Shown here: piece by piece, positions 28,717-38,501 of the stretch
How positions within the stretch are numbered: position 1 is the first letter of the stretch
Layout: every line of letters begins with the position of its first letter
Origin: Minisyncoccota bacterium
GTDB taxonomy: Bacteria > Patescibacteriota > Minisyncoccia > Phycocordibacterales > Phycocordibacteraceae
Assembly (NCBI GenBank): GCA_028695415.1
Contig: JAQVIY010000001.1
Coordinates: 46,784 to 110,783, forward strand
Direction: 5' to 3'
DNA: 64,000 nucleotides
Made by a program: the position numbers and the translations under genes
The notes under the pieces: model-generated
Told to the model about the DNA's origin: nothing
The model's input: the letters and a program-made list of their open reading frames with translations, nothing else
Database searches by the model: none

Positions 28717-28958
28717 TGGACGTGCGGACGAGGGCAGAATACGAGGCAGGACATCTCGCAGACGCGAAGAATGTGCCGGTGGAAGACATCATGGCAGGGA
28801 ATCTGGGCGTGCTTACGGGCGTGCCGCAGGACACGCCCCTACGGCTCTACTGCCGCTCCGGCGCACGAGCGAATTATGCGCGCCAGTTCCTCCAATCGGT
28901 CGGATTTTCAGACGTGGTGAATCTCGGTAGCCTAGAGGACGCGGCAGCTACAGTCTGA
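28710..28958 (+). CDS. Single-domain rhodanese-like protein, N-terminally short; overlaps tspO stop by 7 nt
   Basis: LVDVRTRAEYEAGHLADAKNVP...LYCRSGARA active-site Cys loop. Confidence 0.6.
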   Translation: MLVDVRTRAEYEAGHLADAKNVPVEDIMAGNLGVLTGVPQDTPLRLYCRSGARANYARQFLQSVGFSDVVNLGSLEDAAATV

Positions 28959-28959
28959 C

Positions 28960-28995
28960 TTGACATAGGCAATTCTGTGGTGTATTATACACCAC
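28960..28995 (+). promoter_or_regulatory. Sigma70-like promoter TTGACA-17-TATTAT with an 8-bp inverted repeat (GTGGTGTA tta TACACCAC) overlapping the -10: candidate operator
   Basis: Perfect arms at 28977..28984 and 28988..28995. Confidence 0.45.
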
Positions 28996-29020
28996 AATCA
29001 TCTAGCAAGGGGGGACAGTC

Positions 29021-29728
29021 ATGCTACGGATCTTTCTGTATGCAGTAAGCGCTCTCCTCGTTTGCGCAGGGGTGAGTGTTGTTTTTCTAAACTACGGGAC
29101 GAGCGCGTACGATCTCCTCATACTTCCGCTACTCATACTGGCGCGGAGGATGATGGTTCGGGTGCTCGCAGTCATCGCCGAAGCGTTTGTGCGGTGGGGT
29201 TGGAACCGAACGCTCGCGTTCCTATTCTTCGTCACACTACCGCGCTTGTGGCGGCGCTCTCTTACCAGAGGGGCTACTCGCCTTGAAGCGTACCTGAAAG
29301 CACGATGGCTGGTGTGCAAGTCGCACTGGTCGGACTGGCCCAAGTACGCGCAGCGCGTGATCGCCGCCATGGTGTTTCTCTTCTTGTGTCTTGCGGTAGT
29401 GCACGCGGAGGAGATCACGGTCGTCATAGCCTTGGCGTTTGTGAGGATACCCTTGCTCTCGCCGGCCATGAAGTGGGTGCGGGTCGCCACGGTGCGACTC
29501 ATCGCACGCGTCGGAGTGGTCGTCAGTCTCGGTCTCTTCCTCAAGAGGCTCTCCGGGACGGGCTTCATCGCCAACGCGCAAGCGCTCTACCAAGAGTGGA
29601 TGCGTCGCGAGAGATTATGGCGACTAGGGTTCACCCGAAAGGTCTTTAAGCAAAAGAAGAACCTCAGGCGAGAGACAACAAGACTTTCTCGCCGATTCAA
29701 GAAGGACGGCGGACTACCGCCTCCGTGA
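29021..29728 (+). CDS. Hypothetical membrane protein
   Basis: 235-aa ORF with RBS aagggggg; terminator 29729..29763. Confidence 0.5.
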   Translation: MLRIFLYAVSALLVCAGVSVVFLNYGTSAYDLLILPLLILARRMMVRVLAVIAEAFVRWGWNRTLAFLFFVTLPRLWRRSLTRGATRLEAYLKARWLVCKSHWSDWPKYAQRVIAAMVFLFLCLAVVHAEEITVVIALAFVRIPLLSPAMKWVRVATVRLIARVGVVVSLGLFLKRLSGTGFIANAQALYQEWMRRERLWRLGFTRKVFKQKKNLRRETTRLSRRFKKDGGLPPP

Positions 29729-29763
29729 CAGGATACGCGAGCTGCGTATCCTGTTTTGTTTTT
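29729..29763 (+). terminator. Rho-independent terminator
   Basis: caggatacgcg agc tgcgtatcctg followed by ttttgttttt. Confidence 0.6.
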
Positions 29764-29818
29764 ACCGGGCTCCCAAGCGGAGAAACCAAATAGTGGGCCC
29801 ATATGTTTACATACGTAT

Positions 29819-30127
29819 ATGACCAAACATCCATTCGTGAATGCACTCGCCGCGACGACCTATATCACGGCGCTCGTAACGGCGGTGAATTACATTCCGA
29901 AAGGGAATATCCCTGAGAACAGCTTTATCGGCCCCATTTTCTTCCTCTCACTCTTCGTCTTTTCTGCCGCCGTGATGGGGTATCTCTTCGTCTATCAGCC
30001 GCTCCGCCTCTTTTTCGAGAATAAACAGCAAGAAGCGGTACGGTTCTTCCTCCTCACCGTTGCCTCTTTCGCGGGGATTACGCTCGCCATAGTTGCGCTT
30101 TGGCTCTCCTTAAGTACGCTACTCTAG
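29819..30127 (+). CDS. Small membrane protein
   Basis: MTKHPFVNALAATTYITALV... three hydrophobic helices. Confidence 0.4.
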   Translation: MTKHPFVNALAATTYITALVTAVNYIPKGNIPENSFIGPIFFLSLFVFSAAVMGYLFVYQPLRLFFENKQQEAVRFFLLTVASFAGITLAIVALWLSLSTLL

Positions 30128-30129
30128 TA

Positions 30130-30372
30130 ATGCCGTATTTCGTCTACCTGCTCGAGTGTGGCGACGGTTCTCTTTACACAGGCGTCACGACGGATGTCGC
30201 ACGCCGTTTTGAAGAGCACCAGAAGGGTATCGGGAGCCGCTTCACGCGGGCGAGAGGCGCGAAGCGTATCGTGTATACGGAAGAACATCCGAGCCGCAGC
30301 GCGGCGCAGAAGCGCGAAGTGGAGACAAAGCGCTTGCCGCGCGGGAGAAAATTAGATTTGATTACGAAATGA
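30130..30372 (+). CDS. GIY-YIG nuclease family protein (UPF0213-like)
   Basis: YFVYLLECGDGSLYTGVTTDVARRFEEH. Confidence 0.65.
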   Translation: MPYFVYLLECGDGSLYTGVTTDVARRFEEHQKGIGSRFTRARGAKRIVYTEEHPSRSAAQKREVETKRLPRGRKLDLITK

Positions 30373-31076
30373 TACGAACCGAGCAGGAGGTAGAAAAGAA
30401 ATTGAAAAGCCTCGGCACCGCCGAGAAGGCACGCGCTTCAGCACGGTTCTTCAAGACTGGTAGAGGTCAGTACGGGTACGGCGATGTGTTCGTAGGCGTG
30501 ACGGTCCCTGAACAGAGGAAAGTCGCAAAGGCGTATCAGGATCTACCGTTTCAAGAGGTGACGAAATTGCTCGAGAACAAGATCCACGAGTGTCGTCTCA
30601 CCGCACTCCTCATACTCGGTGAGCAATATAAGCGGGGCGACATGCGTACTCGCACGGAGATCGCGAAGTTCTACCTCGCTCACACTAGATACATTAATAA
30701 TTGGGACTTGGTAGATGTTTCTGCCCCGCACATACTCGGCGACTATCTGCTCACGAGAGACCGAGGCATCCTCTATACTCTCGCGAAATCGAGAAACCTG
30801 TGGGAACGCCGCATCGCTATAATCGCTACACTCGCGTTTATCGTGAAGGGTGAGAGCAAGGACTCCTTTACTATCGTCGAGCTCCTGCTCGACGATACTC
30901 ACGACCTCATTCATAAGGCGATGGGTTGGATGCTCCGCGAGGCGGGGAAGCGCTGCTCCCGTGCAGAACTCGTCGCATTCATCGACAAGCATAGTTCGCA
31001 CATGCCCCGCATGACGCTTCGCTACGCGATAGAGCACTTCTCGCCTGCGGAACGTAAGGAATTCTTATCGCGGTAG
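30369..31076 (+). CDS. DNA alkylation repair enzyme (AlkC/AlkD-like HEAT-repeat glycosylase)
   Basis: 235-aa ORF with AlkD-like helical repeats; WDLVD motif. Confidence 0.55.
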   Translation: MIRTEQEVEKKLKSLGTAEKARASARFFKTGRGQYGYGDVFVGVTVPEQRKVAKAYQDLPFQEVTKLLENKIHECRLTALLILGEQYKRGDMRTRTEIAKFYLAHTRYINNWDLVDVSAPHILGDYLLTRDRGILYTLAKSRNLWERRIAIIATLAFIVKGESKDSFTIVELLLDDTHDLIHKAMGWMLREAGKRCSRAELVAFIDKHSSHMPRMTLRYAIEHFSPAERKEFLSR

Positions 31077-31161
31077 ATTTGACGAGAATGTATTTTGCTG
31101 TTAGTCTATAAGACAGAGCTGTGCGGCATTGGGCCGTATGGCATTTTGTGGAGTCATTCCG

Positions 31162-31692
31162 ATGATTGTTTCTGAAGCAGTAAGAAAAGTTATGAAAGCC
31201 TTCTTCCTGAAGGCGATGCGCGAAGCGAGTTGGACGGCAGGGCATACGGGCACCCGTGTTCCCGGTACGCACAATCTTTTTCGAATCGAATTTCGGGAAG
31301 ACGAGCTTCTGTTCGTGGAGGAATACGTACTTTCCGAGATGCGAAACGAGGAACTTTCCGGATTCCAGGTAAACATATCCGGCACGATCACGCTCCTCCG
31401 GGGAAAGAAGGAAATCTGGATGATGACGCACAGTGGCTTTTATCAGAAGTTCGACATCTCCTTCCTGCAACGAGCGCGGATGTCTGCGTATACCCTGGGT
31501 GACGAGGGTCGATTCCTCGGCGGGCACGGATTGCCGCACTACGGCGAAGAGGATTACCCGAACGTCTACGAGAACAAAGCGTTCGGCACATTCGCGCAGT
31601 TCGCCGGACACGAGAAGATCATCCCCATCGGCGACCGGGCGCATACCTTTCACGGACGAAACAATTACTCGGGAGGATTCATGTCACGATAG
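31162..31692 (+). CDS. Hypothetical protein
   Basis: Third-position GC bias supports the + strand frame over the overlapping antisense ORF 30979..31653. Confidence 0.35.
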   Translation: MIVSEAVRKVMKAFFLKAMREASWTAGHTGTRVPGTHNLFRIEFREDELLFVEEYVLSEMRNEELSGFQVNISGTITLLRGKKEIWMMTHSGFYQKFDISFLQRARMSAYTLGDEGRFLGGHGLPHYGEEDYPNVYENKAFGTFAQFAGHEKIIPIGDRAHTFHGRNNYSGGFMSR

Positions 31693-31782
31693 CATCGCTA
31701 GCACATAGCGATGCCGAACATCAGAACACCGGCAGATTGCCGGTGTTTCTTTTTCTATGTCTTTGGTAAGATACACATACCT

Positions 31783-32904
31783 ATGATTGCCAAAAGACAC
31801 ACAGCAGTTGCAGGCGCCGCTGCGCTGATGACTGTCGGCGTCTTGAGCTTCTCGCAGCTCGCTGTTACGGAATATCGTTCAGAGGCATACGGCGCGCCCG
31901 AGCGATTCATCCCGCTTCCTGAACTCAATAAAGACGATTACAACACGCGAATGCTTGCGCTCGCTCATATAACGATTGCGACGAGCTCGCCGCAGATTGC
32001 GGGAGCGGATTCCGCACTTGCGTCATCAACGTCTCGTGTCCTCCCAATCTCGACTGCTTCGACCTCGGTACAGATGCCGGGCAGCCTTTGGCCCGTGAGC
32101 ACGGTGTATCCAAACGCGATGGCGCTGCTGCCGTTCAAGCGCATCGTCGCCTATTATGGCAATTTCTATTCAAAGAATATGGGCGTGCTCGGCGAATACC
32201 CCGAAGACACTCTGCTCGCGATGCTCGCGAGCACTACCGCAAGGTGGGCGGCAGCTGACCATTCGACGCCAGTCGTGCCGGCCATCCAATACATCGCGAC
32301 GGTGGCGCAAGCTTCTGCGGGCAAGGAGGGGAAGTATATCCTCCGTATGCCCGATAGTCAGATAGACCACGCACTCGAGCTCGCGGATAAGGCGCACGGT
32401 ATCGTGTTTCTCGACGTACAGGTTGCACTTTCGACGCTTCAGTATGAACTTCCGCATTTAGAGAAATATCTGAAGATGCCGCAGGTGCATCTCGCTATCG
32501 ACCCCGAGTTCTCAATGAAGTCGGGTAACCGCCCCGGAACCGTTATCGGTACCTTTGACGCGAGCGATATCAACTATGCCGCGGAGTATCTCGCGGCGCT
32601 TGTACGCGATAATCATCTCCCGCCGAAAATGCTCGTCGTGCACCGCTTCACACAGAATATGGTGACGAACTATAAGAGGATCCGTCCTCTGCCGGAGGTG
32701 CAGATAGTGATGGATATGGACGGCTGGGGTTCGCAGGCGAAGAAGAAGGGTACCTACAACAACATCGTCGCCGACGAGCCAGTGCAGTTCACCGGCATCA
32801 AGCTTTTCTACAAGAACGATTTGAAACCGCCCTCTACCGGGCTCCTCACGATACGCGAGGTTCTCGATCTCACCCCCGCGCCGATCTATATTCAGTATCA
32901 ATAG
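31783..32904 (+). CDS. Secreted hypothetical protein (signal anchor; possibly a TIM-barrel hydrolase-like protein)
   Basis: MIAKRHTAVAGAAALMTVGVLSF N-terminus. Confidence 0.45.
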   Translation: MIAKRHTAVAGAAALMTVGVLSFSQLAVTEYRSEAYGAPERFIPLPELNKDDYNTRMLALAHITIATSSPQIAGADSALASSTSRVLPISTASTSVQMPGSLWPVSTVYPNAMALLPFKRIVAYYGNFYSKNMGVLGEYPEDTLLAMLASTTARWAAADHSTPVVPAIQYIATVAQASAGKEGKYILRMPDSQIDHALELADKAHGIVFLDVQVALSTLQYELPHLEKYLKMPQVHLAIDPEFSMKSGNRPGTVIGTFDASDINYAAEYLAALVRDNHLPPKMLVVHRFTQNMVTNYKRIRPLPEVQIVMDMDGWGSQAKKKGTYNNIVADEPVQFTGIKLFYKNDLKPPSTGLLTIREVLDLTPAPIYIQYQ

Positions 32905-32912
32905 AACAACAA

Positions 32913-32935
32913 GCGGCCGCGCGGAGCGCGGCCGG
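32913..32935. terminator. Bidirectional terminator hairpin between convergent genes
   Basis: cggccgcgc gga gcgcggccg. Confidence 0.45.
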
Positions 32936-32943
32936 TTCTCGTA

Positions 32944-33246
32944 TCATTTTTCTCCTTTGAGAATTATCTTTGCATCAAACCCGCCGCGTTCGGCACGTTT
33001 GATGCGTTGCAGTTCTCGGACGTTCGCGTATTCAGGAAGGGCTAGGAGCGCATCAATAACTTCAAGAACATCGGCAAGCTCTTCGGGCGCCCCTGCTTCA
33101 TTGAACTCGCCAGCCTCTTCAGCGAGCTTTTTCACGAGTTCCATACGGTATTCTTCCCCCGAGGCCGTTCGTTGTTCGTAGGGAACGCCTTTCTTGTCGA
33201 GAATCTCCGGTATCTTGTCCCGGACCAGTTTGCGGTAGCTTTCCAT
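32944..33246 (-). CDS. MazG-like nucleotide pyrophosphohydrolase (small, all-alpha NTP-PPase)
   Basis: 100 aa; EExGE-type acidic motifs AEEAGEF...EELADVLEV. Confidence 0.5.
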   Translation of the reverse strand: MESYRKLVRDKIPEILDKKGVPYEQRTASGEEYRMELVKKLAEEAGEFNEAGAPEELADVLEVIDALLALPEYANVRELQRIKRAERGGFDAKIILKGEK

Positions 33247-33279
33247 ATGTGTGTGCAGCGTATGGTATCATCTCCCCAT

Positions 33280-34002
33280 ATGGATACAAACAACAACAAA
33301 TTCTTACCAGTCGCCGTTGTGCTCGCGGGGCTCCTTATCGCGGGAGCGGTACTTTGGAACGGTTCGCATCCGTCATCGGGAACACAGCAGGCGGCGGGTA
33401 CGCCGCCGACGCCGAAAGTCGATATCAAGAACGTGCGAACCGACGGTGACCCGTACCTTGGTAAGGCTGATGCACCGGTTGTCATCGCGTTCTGGAGTGA
33501 TTTCCAGTGTCCGTACTGCAAGGCAGTCGAGACCGGTGGTGTCCCGCAGATACCGCTCACGCCCGCAATACCAGACCTCATCAAGAATTATGTTGATACC
33601 GGTAAGGTGAAGCTCGTCTTTATGGATTTCGTCTTCCTCGGTCAGGATTCGATAACGGCTGCTCTCTACAGCCGTTCGGTATGGAGCCTCTATCCGGACA
33701 AGTATTTCGCATGGCGCACGATGATGTATGAGGCACAAGATGAGGAGGGTGATCAGGGCTTCGGCAATGCCGCTTCCATCGACAAGCTTGATGCGACTAT
33801 TGCCGGTATTGATGCAGCTAAGGTTGCCGCCGATGTAAAGGCGAATACGGCGAAATATCAAGCGGCTATTGATGCCGACAAAGTCGAGGCAGGGAAGGTG
33901 AGCGTGAACGCGACTCCCTCGTTTGTCATAGGTCAGCAACTTATCCCCGGTGCCGTTCCCTACGAGACGCTCAAAAAGGCTGTTGATGCGGTCTTGAAAT
34001 AG
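33280..34002 (+). CDS. DsbA-family thiol:disulfide oxidoreductase
   Basis: Signal anchor plus CPYC active site. Confidence 0.7.
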   Translation: MDTNNNKFLPVAVVLAGLLIAGAVLWNGSHPSSGTQQAAGTPPTPKVDIKNVRTDGDPYLGKADAPVVIAFWSDFQCPYCKAVETGGVPQIPLTPAIPDLIKNYVDTGKVKLVFMDFVFLGQDSITAALYSRSVWSLYPDKYFAWRTMMYEAQDEEGDQGFGNAASIDKLDATIAGIDAAKVAADVKANTAKYQAAIDADKVEAGKVSVNATPSFVIGQQLIPGAVPYETLKKAVDAVLK

Positions 34003-34004
34003 CC

Positions 34005-34715
34005 ATGAATATCGTCGTCATCGCGCTCGCGGCTTCGGCCGCAACCTTTGTCGGCGGGTTTTTCGCGCTTCGGTTCCGCGATCGTCTTCATCTCATTCTC
34101 GGATTTTCGGCGGGCGCGGTTGCAGGTGTCGCATTCTTTGATCTTCTTCCTGAAGCGTTTGAGCTTGGCTCTCGGTATTATGATGCCTCAAGCATCGCGC
34201 TTTTCGTCGCGCTTGGGTTCTTCGGCTATCTCATACTCGATCGGCTCATTCTTCTCCATTCGCACGCGGAGGATGAGCACAGTATGCCTCGAGGATTTTT
34301 TGGCGCGCTAACGCTCTCAGCTCATAGTTTCTTCGACGGTATGGCGATCGGCATCGGCTTCCAGGCATCGCCTTTTGTTGGCCTTATCGTCGCAGCCGCG
34401 GTACTCACGCATGACTTCTCTGACGGCATCAACACCGTCAATCTCATATTGAAAAACGGCGGTGATCACCGCCGCGCCTTCAGGTGGCTCTTCGTTGATG
34501 CGCTTACCCCGATGCTCGGCGCTGCTTCGACGCTTCTCTTCACCATTTCCGAATCGGTTCTCGGACTGGTGCTCGCCGTCTTCGTCGGCACCTTCCTCTA
34601 TCTCTCGGCGAGTGATCTTATCCCCGAGAGCCATCATCGCCACCCGCGTGCGCTTACGACCGTGATGACTCTCCTTGGCGCCGGCCTCATCTATCTCGTT
34701 GTCCACCTGATATAA
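34005..34715 (+). CDS. zupT: ZIP family zinc transporter (ZupT-like)
   Basis: HSFFDGMAIG and HDFSDGI motifs, about 8 TM. Confidence 0.75.
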   Translation: MNIVVIALAASAATFVGGFFALRFRDRLHLILGFSAGAVAGVAFFDLLPEAFELGSRYYDASSIALFVALGFFGYLILDRLILLHSHAEDEHSMPRGFFGALTLSAHSFFDGMAIGIGFQASPFVGLIVAAAVLTHDFSDGINTVNLILKNGGDHRRAFRWLFVDALTPMLGAASTLLFTISESVLGLVLAVFVGTFLYLSASDLIPESHHRHPRALTTVMTLLGAGLIYLVVHLI

Positions 34716-34724
34716 TTCCTCCCT

Positions 34725-35060
34725 ATGAAATTATTTTCCCACTGGCTTATTTCAGCGCTCGCGATAGGCATTGCCGCATACCTTGTTCCCGGAGTTACGG
34801 TAACTATTCCGGGCGCCCTTATCGCCGCGGTCGTCCTCGGTGCGCTCAATCTCTTCATCCGGCCCATATTGGTCGTTTTGACCTTTCCGATAACGGTCAT
34901 TACACTCGGGCTCTTCTCGCTCGTTATCAATGCCGTACTCGTGATGCTCGCGTCACTGGTCGTGCCGGGTTTCTCGATTGCCGGCTTTTGGACCGCACTC
35001 GTCTTCGCTCTCGCGCTTTCTGTTGTCAGTTGGGTGTTCGGTATCTGGAAAAACGCCTAG
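34725..35060 (+). CDS. Phage-holin-family-4-like / DUF360 (YvlD-like) membrane protein
   Basis: 111 aa, 4 TM, typical YvlD-like composition. Confidence 0.5.
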   Translation: MKLFSHWLISALAIGIAAYLVPGVTVTIPGALIAAVVLGALNLFIRPILVVLTFPITVITLGLFSLVINAVLVMLASLVVPGFSIAGFWTALVFALALSVVSWVFGIWKNA

Positions 35061-35682
35061 ACAGCCCTTTTACCGCGGAGGATGTTGATGAAAATAGGGA
35101 GAAACGAGATCACAATGATGACGAGCGAGAAGGGAAGGATGTAGCTCTCGCTGTTTGGAATAATCGAGCCGAGCGAGTAGCCGATCGCTACCATTCCTGC
35201 GCCCCAAAGCGCTCCGCCAAGCATATTGTAAGAAAGGAATGTTTGGTAGGACATTGAACCGACGCCAGCGAGGATCGGGGCGATGGTACGTACGATAGGC
35301 ACGAAACGCGCGAGAACGACTGCCCGTCCGCCGTACAGCTTATAAAAACGTTCAGTACGTTTCAGATACTCCTGCTTGAAGAAGAAGGAGTCTTTCTTTT
35401 TGAAGAAATTGGTGCCAACGTTTGCGCCGAACCAATATCCGACCGAATCGCCGATAATAGCTGCAATGATGACGAAGAAGACCAGCGGGCCGATAGAAAG
35501 AAACCCTGCGGCAGAAAGGAGGCCTGCGGCGAAAAGGAGAGAATCGCCGGGAAGGAAGATGCCGAAGAGAAGTCCGCTCTCAGCGAATATGATGAACGCG
35601 ATACCGAGATAGCTGCCGGTCTTCACCATCTCAATCGGATCGAGATTCACACACGCAGAAAGGAATGAAAGCATACTCACCA
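35057..35682 (-). CDS. DedA family membrane protein
   Basis: SNARE-associated motif GLLFGIFLPGDSLLFAAG; start at internal ATG 35682. Confidence 0.7.
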
Positions 35683-35733
35683 TTCTAGCAGAAGAAACAT
35701 AATGAGAGGCGTTGATATCGTATACTGTATGCA

Positions 35734-38493
35734 ATGGAACAGGCGCCGAAATTATCTTCACCCGAAGAGGAGCTGGCATACTTACGCGAGCGCATCGCGC
35801 ATAAGGAGGCAGAGCTCGCGAGCGCGGGGGCGGAGAGTGATCAGGTGCAGATAATCTCTGAGACGATACACGAGCATCACGCGGCGCAATCTTCGATTCT
35901 CGCACCCGAGTATCGTGTGAGCGCGGCAACGAAGGAGAGCGAAGCGGAGGCGATACTCGCCGAGATGAAGCTCGGCGGCGGTGCGGGAGCTATCGACAAC
36001 CTGCGCAGGACGATGGAGGAGCGGGGAGTCAAGAACGCTCTCCATATCCTGGAGAAGATGAACGATCCGCATCTCGCGGACGACTTCCATCGCTATCTCG
36101 TGCGCTATATCGCTGCGGGGATATCCGCACCCGGGCTCGAAGAGCGGGCACCGCGCTTCAAGGCGCTCCGCATGACGCTCTACGAGATAGCGCTCCCAGA
36201 GCCGAAGCATGCCGAGCCTGGCGGGCGCTCGAAGACGCTCAAGGAGCTTATCTCCAGCATGGAGCAGTTCTACGCCGGACTTCTTTCAGTGGATACCGCG
36301 ACGGAGGATGAGGCGCGCTACTTCGCGCTCGAACTCGCCGTGCCCGCCGATAGCCCCGAACTGCAGTTTTACGCAGCGGTGCCTACCAGCAAGAGAAATC
36401 TCTTTGAGAAACAGCTCCTCGCGATATTCCCCGACGCGCATCTCGTGCCTCAGCCATACGATTACAATATCTTCGTGCGCGGCGGGACATCGCTTATCTC
36501 GACGGCGAGCTTTGGCGAGAATGCGGTGCTCCCCCTTTCTGATTACACTGAATTCGATCACGATCCGATCAACGCTATCGTGAGCGCATTCGCTAAGATA
36601 GAGCAGACAGGCGAGGGAGCCGCACTTCAAATCATCGTCGAACCGCGCGGTGACCGGCATATAAAGCACTATCGGAAAATCCTCCAGGCATTGCGAAAGG
36701 GCGAAAAGCGACAAACCGCTTTTTCTACTCCCGAGACGACGCTCGGAGAATTCGGGCGTGATTTGAGTAATGTGCTTTTTTCGAATAAACCCAAAGATGC
36801 CGAAAAGGCGAAGGAGGCACAGATGCGACAGGCAGAGGCGAATACAACGAGCATCGAGCAGGTCGAGAAGAAGATTGCGACACCTATCGTCGGTGCGACG
36901 ATACGGCTCGTCGTTTCTTCGGGTAACGAACGCACCGCCGACCAGGTGCTCGGCGATCTCGAAGCGGCTTTCAATCAGTTCGGCAATACGCAGGGTAATC
37001 AGTTGCGCTTCACGCGCGCCGCAGGGCGGCATGCGCGCGAGGCGCTCGACGATTTCTCCTTTCGCTTACCGGATGCCTCGGCGCTCCCGTTGTCGCTTCG
37101 CGAGCTCACGACTATCTACCACTTCCCGCCGTCGGGTGTTGAGTCGCCCCACTTGAAGCAGGCACGCTTCACTCACGCGCCAGCCCCGCTCTCGCTCCCG
37201 CAGGCAGGCACCCTGCTCGGTGTGAATACGTATCGCGGGCAAACGACCAACATACATCTCTCACCCGAAGACCGCCTCCGTCATCTCTATATCATCGGTC
37301 AGACCGGCACTGGTAAGACAGGGCTTATGAAGTCGATGATTATACAGGACATCAAGAATGGCGACGGGTGCTGCTTTATCGACCCGCACGGCTCTGACAT
37401 CCTCGACATTCTCGCGGCGGTGCCGCCCGAACGATATAAAGACGTCATCTATTTCGATCCGGCCGATCTCTCGCGCCCCTTCGCGCTCAATTTCCTCGAA
37501 TACGATATGTCGCGACCCGAACAGAAGACATTCATCGTGAACGAGCTCCTGATGATATTCAAACGTTTGTATGGCGATGTGCCGGAGAGCATGGGCCCTG
37601 CGTTCGAGCAGTACTTCCGTAATGCGACGCTCTTGGTGATGGAAGATCCTGCGAGCGGCTCCACTATCCTCGATATTGCGCGCGTGCTCTCTAATAGCGA
37701 GTTCCGTCGACAGAAGCTCGCGAAAAGCATGAACCCCATCGTCAATCAATTCTGGCAGGAGATAGCGACCAAGGCGGGCGGGGAAGCATCGCTCGAGAAT
37801 ATTGTTCCCTACATTACGAACAAGTTCGACGACTTCACTGCAAACGATTTCATCCGTCCGATAGTGGGACAGCAGGAATCATCGTTCAAGTTCCGCGAAG
37901 TGATGGATACCAAGAAGATTCTTCTCATCAATCTCTCGAAGGGGCGCTTGGGCGAGAAGAATGCGAACCTGCTCGGGCTTATCGTGGTTGGCAAGCTCTT
38001 CATGGCGGCGCTCTCGCGCGCGGACTCTCCCCGAGCCGCGCACCCGCCGTTCTACCTTTATATAGATGAGTTCCAGAATGTGACCACCGATTCTATCCCC
38101 GGCATCCTCTCAGAGGCGCGTAAGTATAAGCTTGCGCTCACGGTTGCGCACCAATTCCTCAATCAGATAGATGAGAAGACGCGTGCGGCAGTCTTCGGAA
38201 ACGTGGGTAACATGACAGTCTTCCGCGTGGGCGAAGAGGACGCGGAATTCTTCGCGAAGCAGTTCGCGCCGGTCTTCGAGACGCTCGATTTCGTCAATAT
38301 CGAGAACCGGAATGCGTATGTGAAGATACTCTCAGGCGGCGTACCGCAAAAGCCGTTCGATATCATGACGCCGGACTTGCCGGTTCTCAATCACGAACAG
38401 ACCGACGACCTCGTCCACCTCTCATCCCTCACCTATGGCCGCGATCGTGCTACAATTGAGAGTGTGATACGCGAGCGCTATCTCTCGCGCTAA
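35734..38493 (+). CDS. Large P-loop ATPase of the FtsK/HerA/TraD-VirD4 superfamily (T4SS coupling-protein-like) with long N-terminal extension
   Basis: Walker A IIGQTGTGKTG followed by CCFIDPHGS; Walker B-like YLYIDEFQNV. Confidence 0.5.
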   Translation: MEQAPKLSSPEEELAYLRERIAHKEAELASAGAESDQVQIISETIHEHHAAQSSILAPEYRVSAATKESEAEAILAEMKLGGGAGAIDNLRRTMEERGVKNALHILEKMNDPHLADDFHRYLVRYIAAGISAPGLEERAPRFKALRMTLYEIALPEPKHAEPGGRSKTLKELISSMEQFYAGLLSVDTATEDEARYFALELAVPADSPELQFYAAVPTSKRNLFEKQLLAIFPDAHLVPQPYDYNIFVRGGTSLISTASFGENAVLPLSDYTEFDHDPINAIVSAFAKIEQTGEGAALQIIVEPRGDRHIKHYRKILQALRKGEKRQTAFSTPETTLGEFGRDLSNVLFSNKPKDAEKAKEAQMRQAEANTTSIEQVEKKIATPIVGATIRLVVSSGNERTADQVLGDLEAAFNQFGNTQGNQLRFTRAAGRHAREALDDFSFRLPDASALPLSLRELTTIYHFPPSGVESPHLKQARFTHAPAPLSLPQAGTLLGVNTYRGQTTNIHLSPEDRLRHLYIIGQTGTGKTGLMKSMIIQDIKNGDGCCFIDPHGSDILDILAAVPPERYKDVIYFDPADLSRPFALNFLEYDMSRPEQKTFIVNELLMIFKRLYGDVPESMGPAFEQYFRNATLLVMEDPASGSTILDIARVLSNSEFRRQKLAKSMNPIVNQFWQEIATKAGGEASLENIVPYITNKFDDFTANDFIRPIVGQQESSFKFREVMDTKKILLINLSKGRLGEKNANLLGLIVVGKLFMAALSRADSPRAAHPPFYLYIDEFQNVTTDSIPGILSEARKYKLALTVAHQFLNQIDEKTRAAVFGNVGNMTVFRVGEEDAEFFAKQFAPVFETLDFVNIENRNAYVKILSGGVPQKPFDIMTPDLPVLNHEQTDDLVHLSSLTYGRDRATIESVIRERYLSR

Positions 38494-38501
38494 CGCTTTT
38501 T

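Noticed and set aside
30979-31653. 224-aa minus-strand ORF
   Set aside because: It overlaps the plus-strand ORF 31162..31692, which shows better third-position GC bias. The minus frame ends in a Cys/Arg-rich tail typical of antisense translation. Confidence in either is modest.
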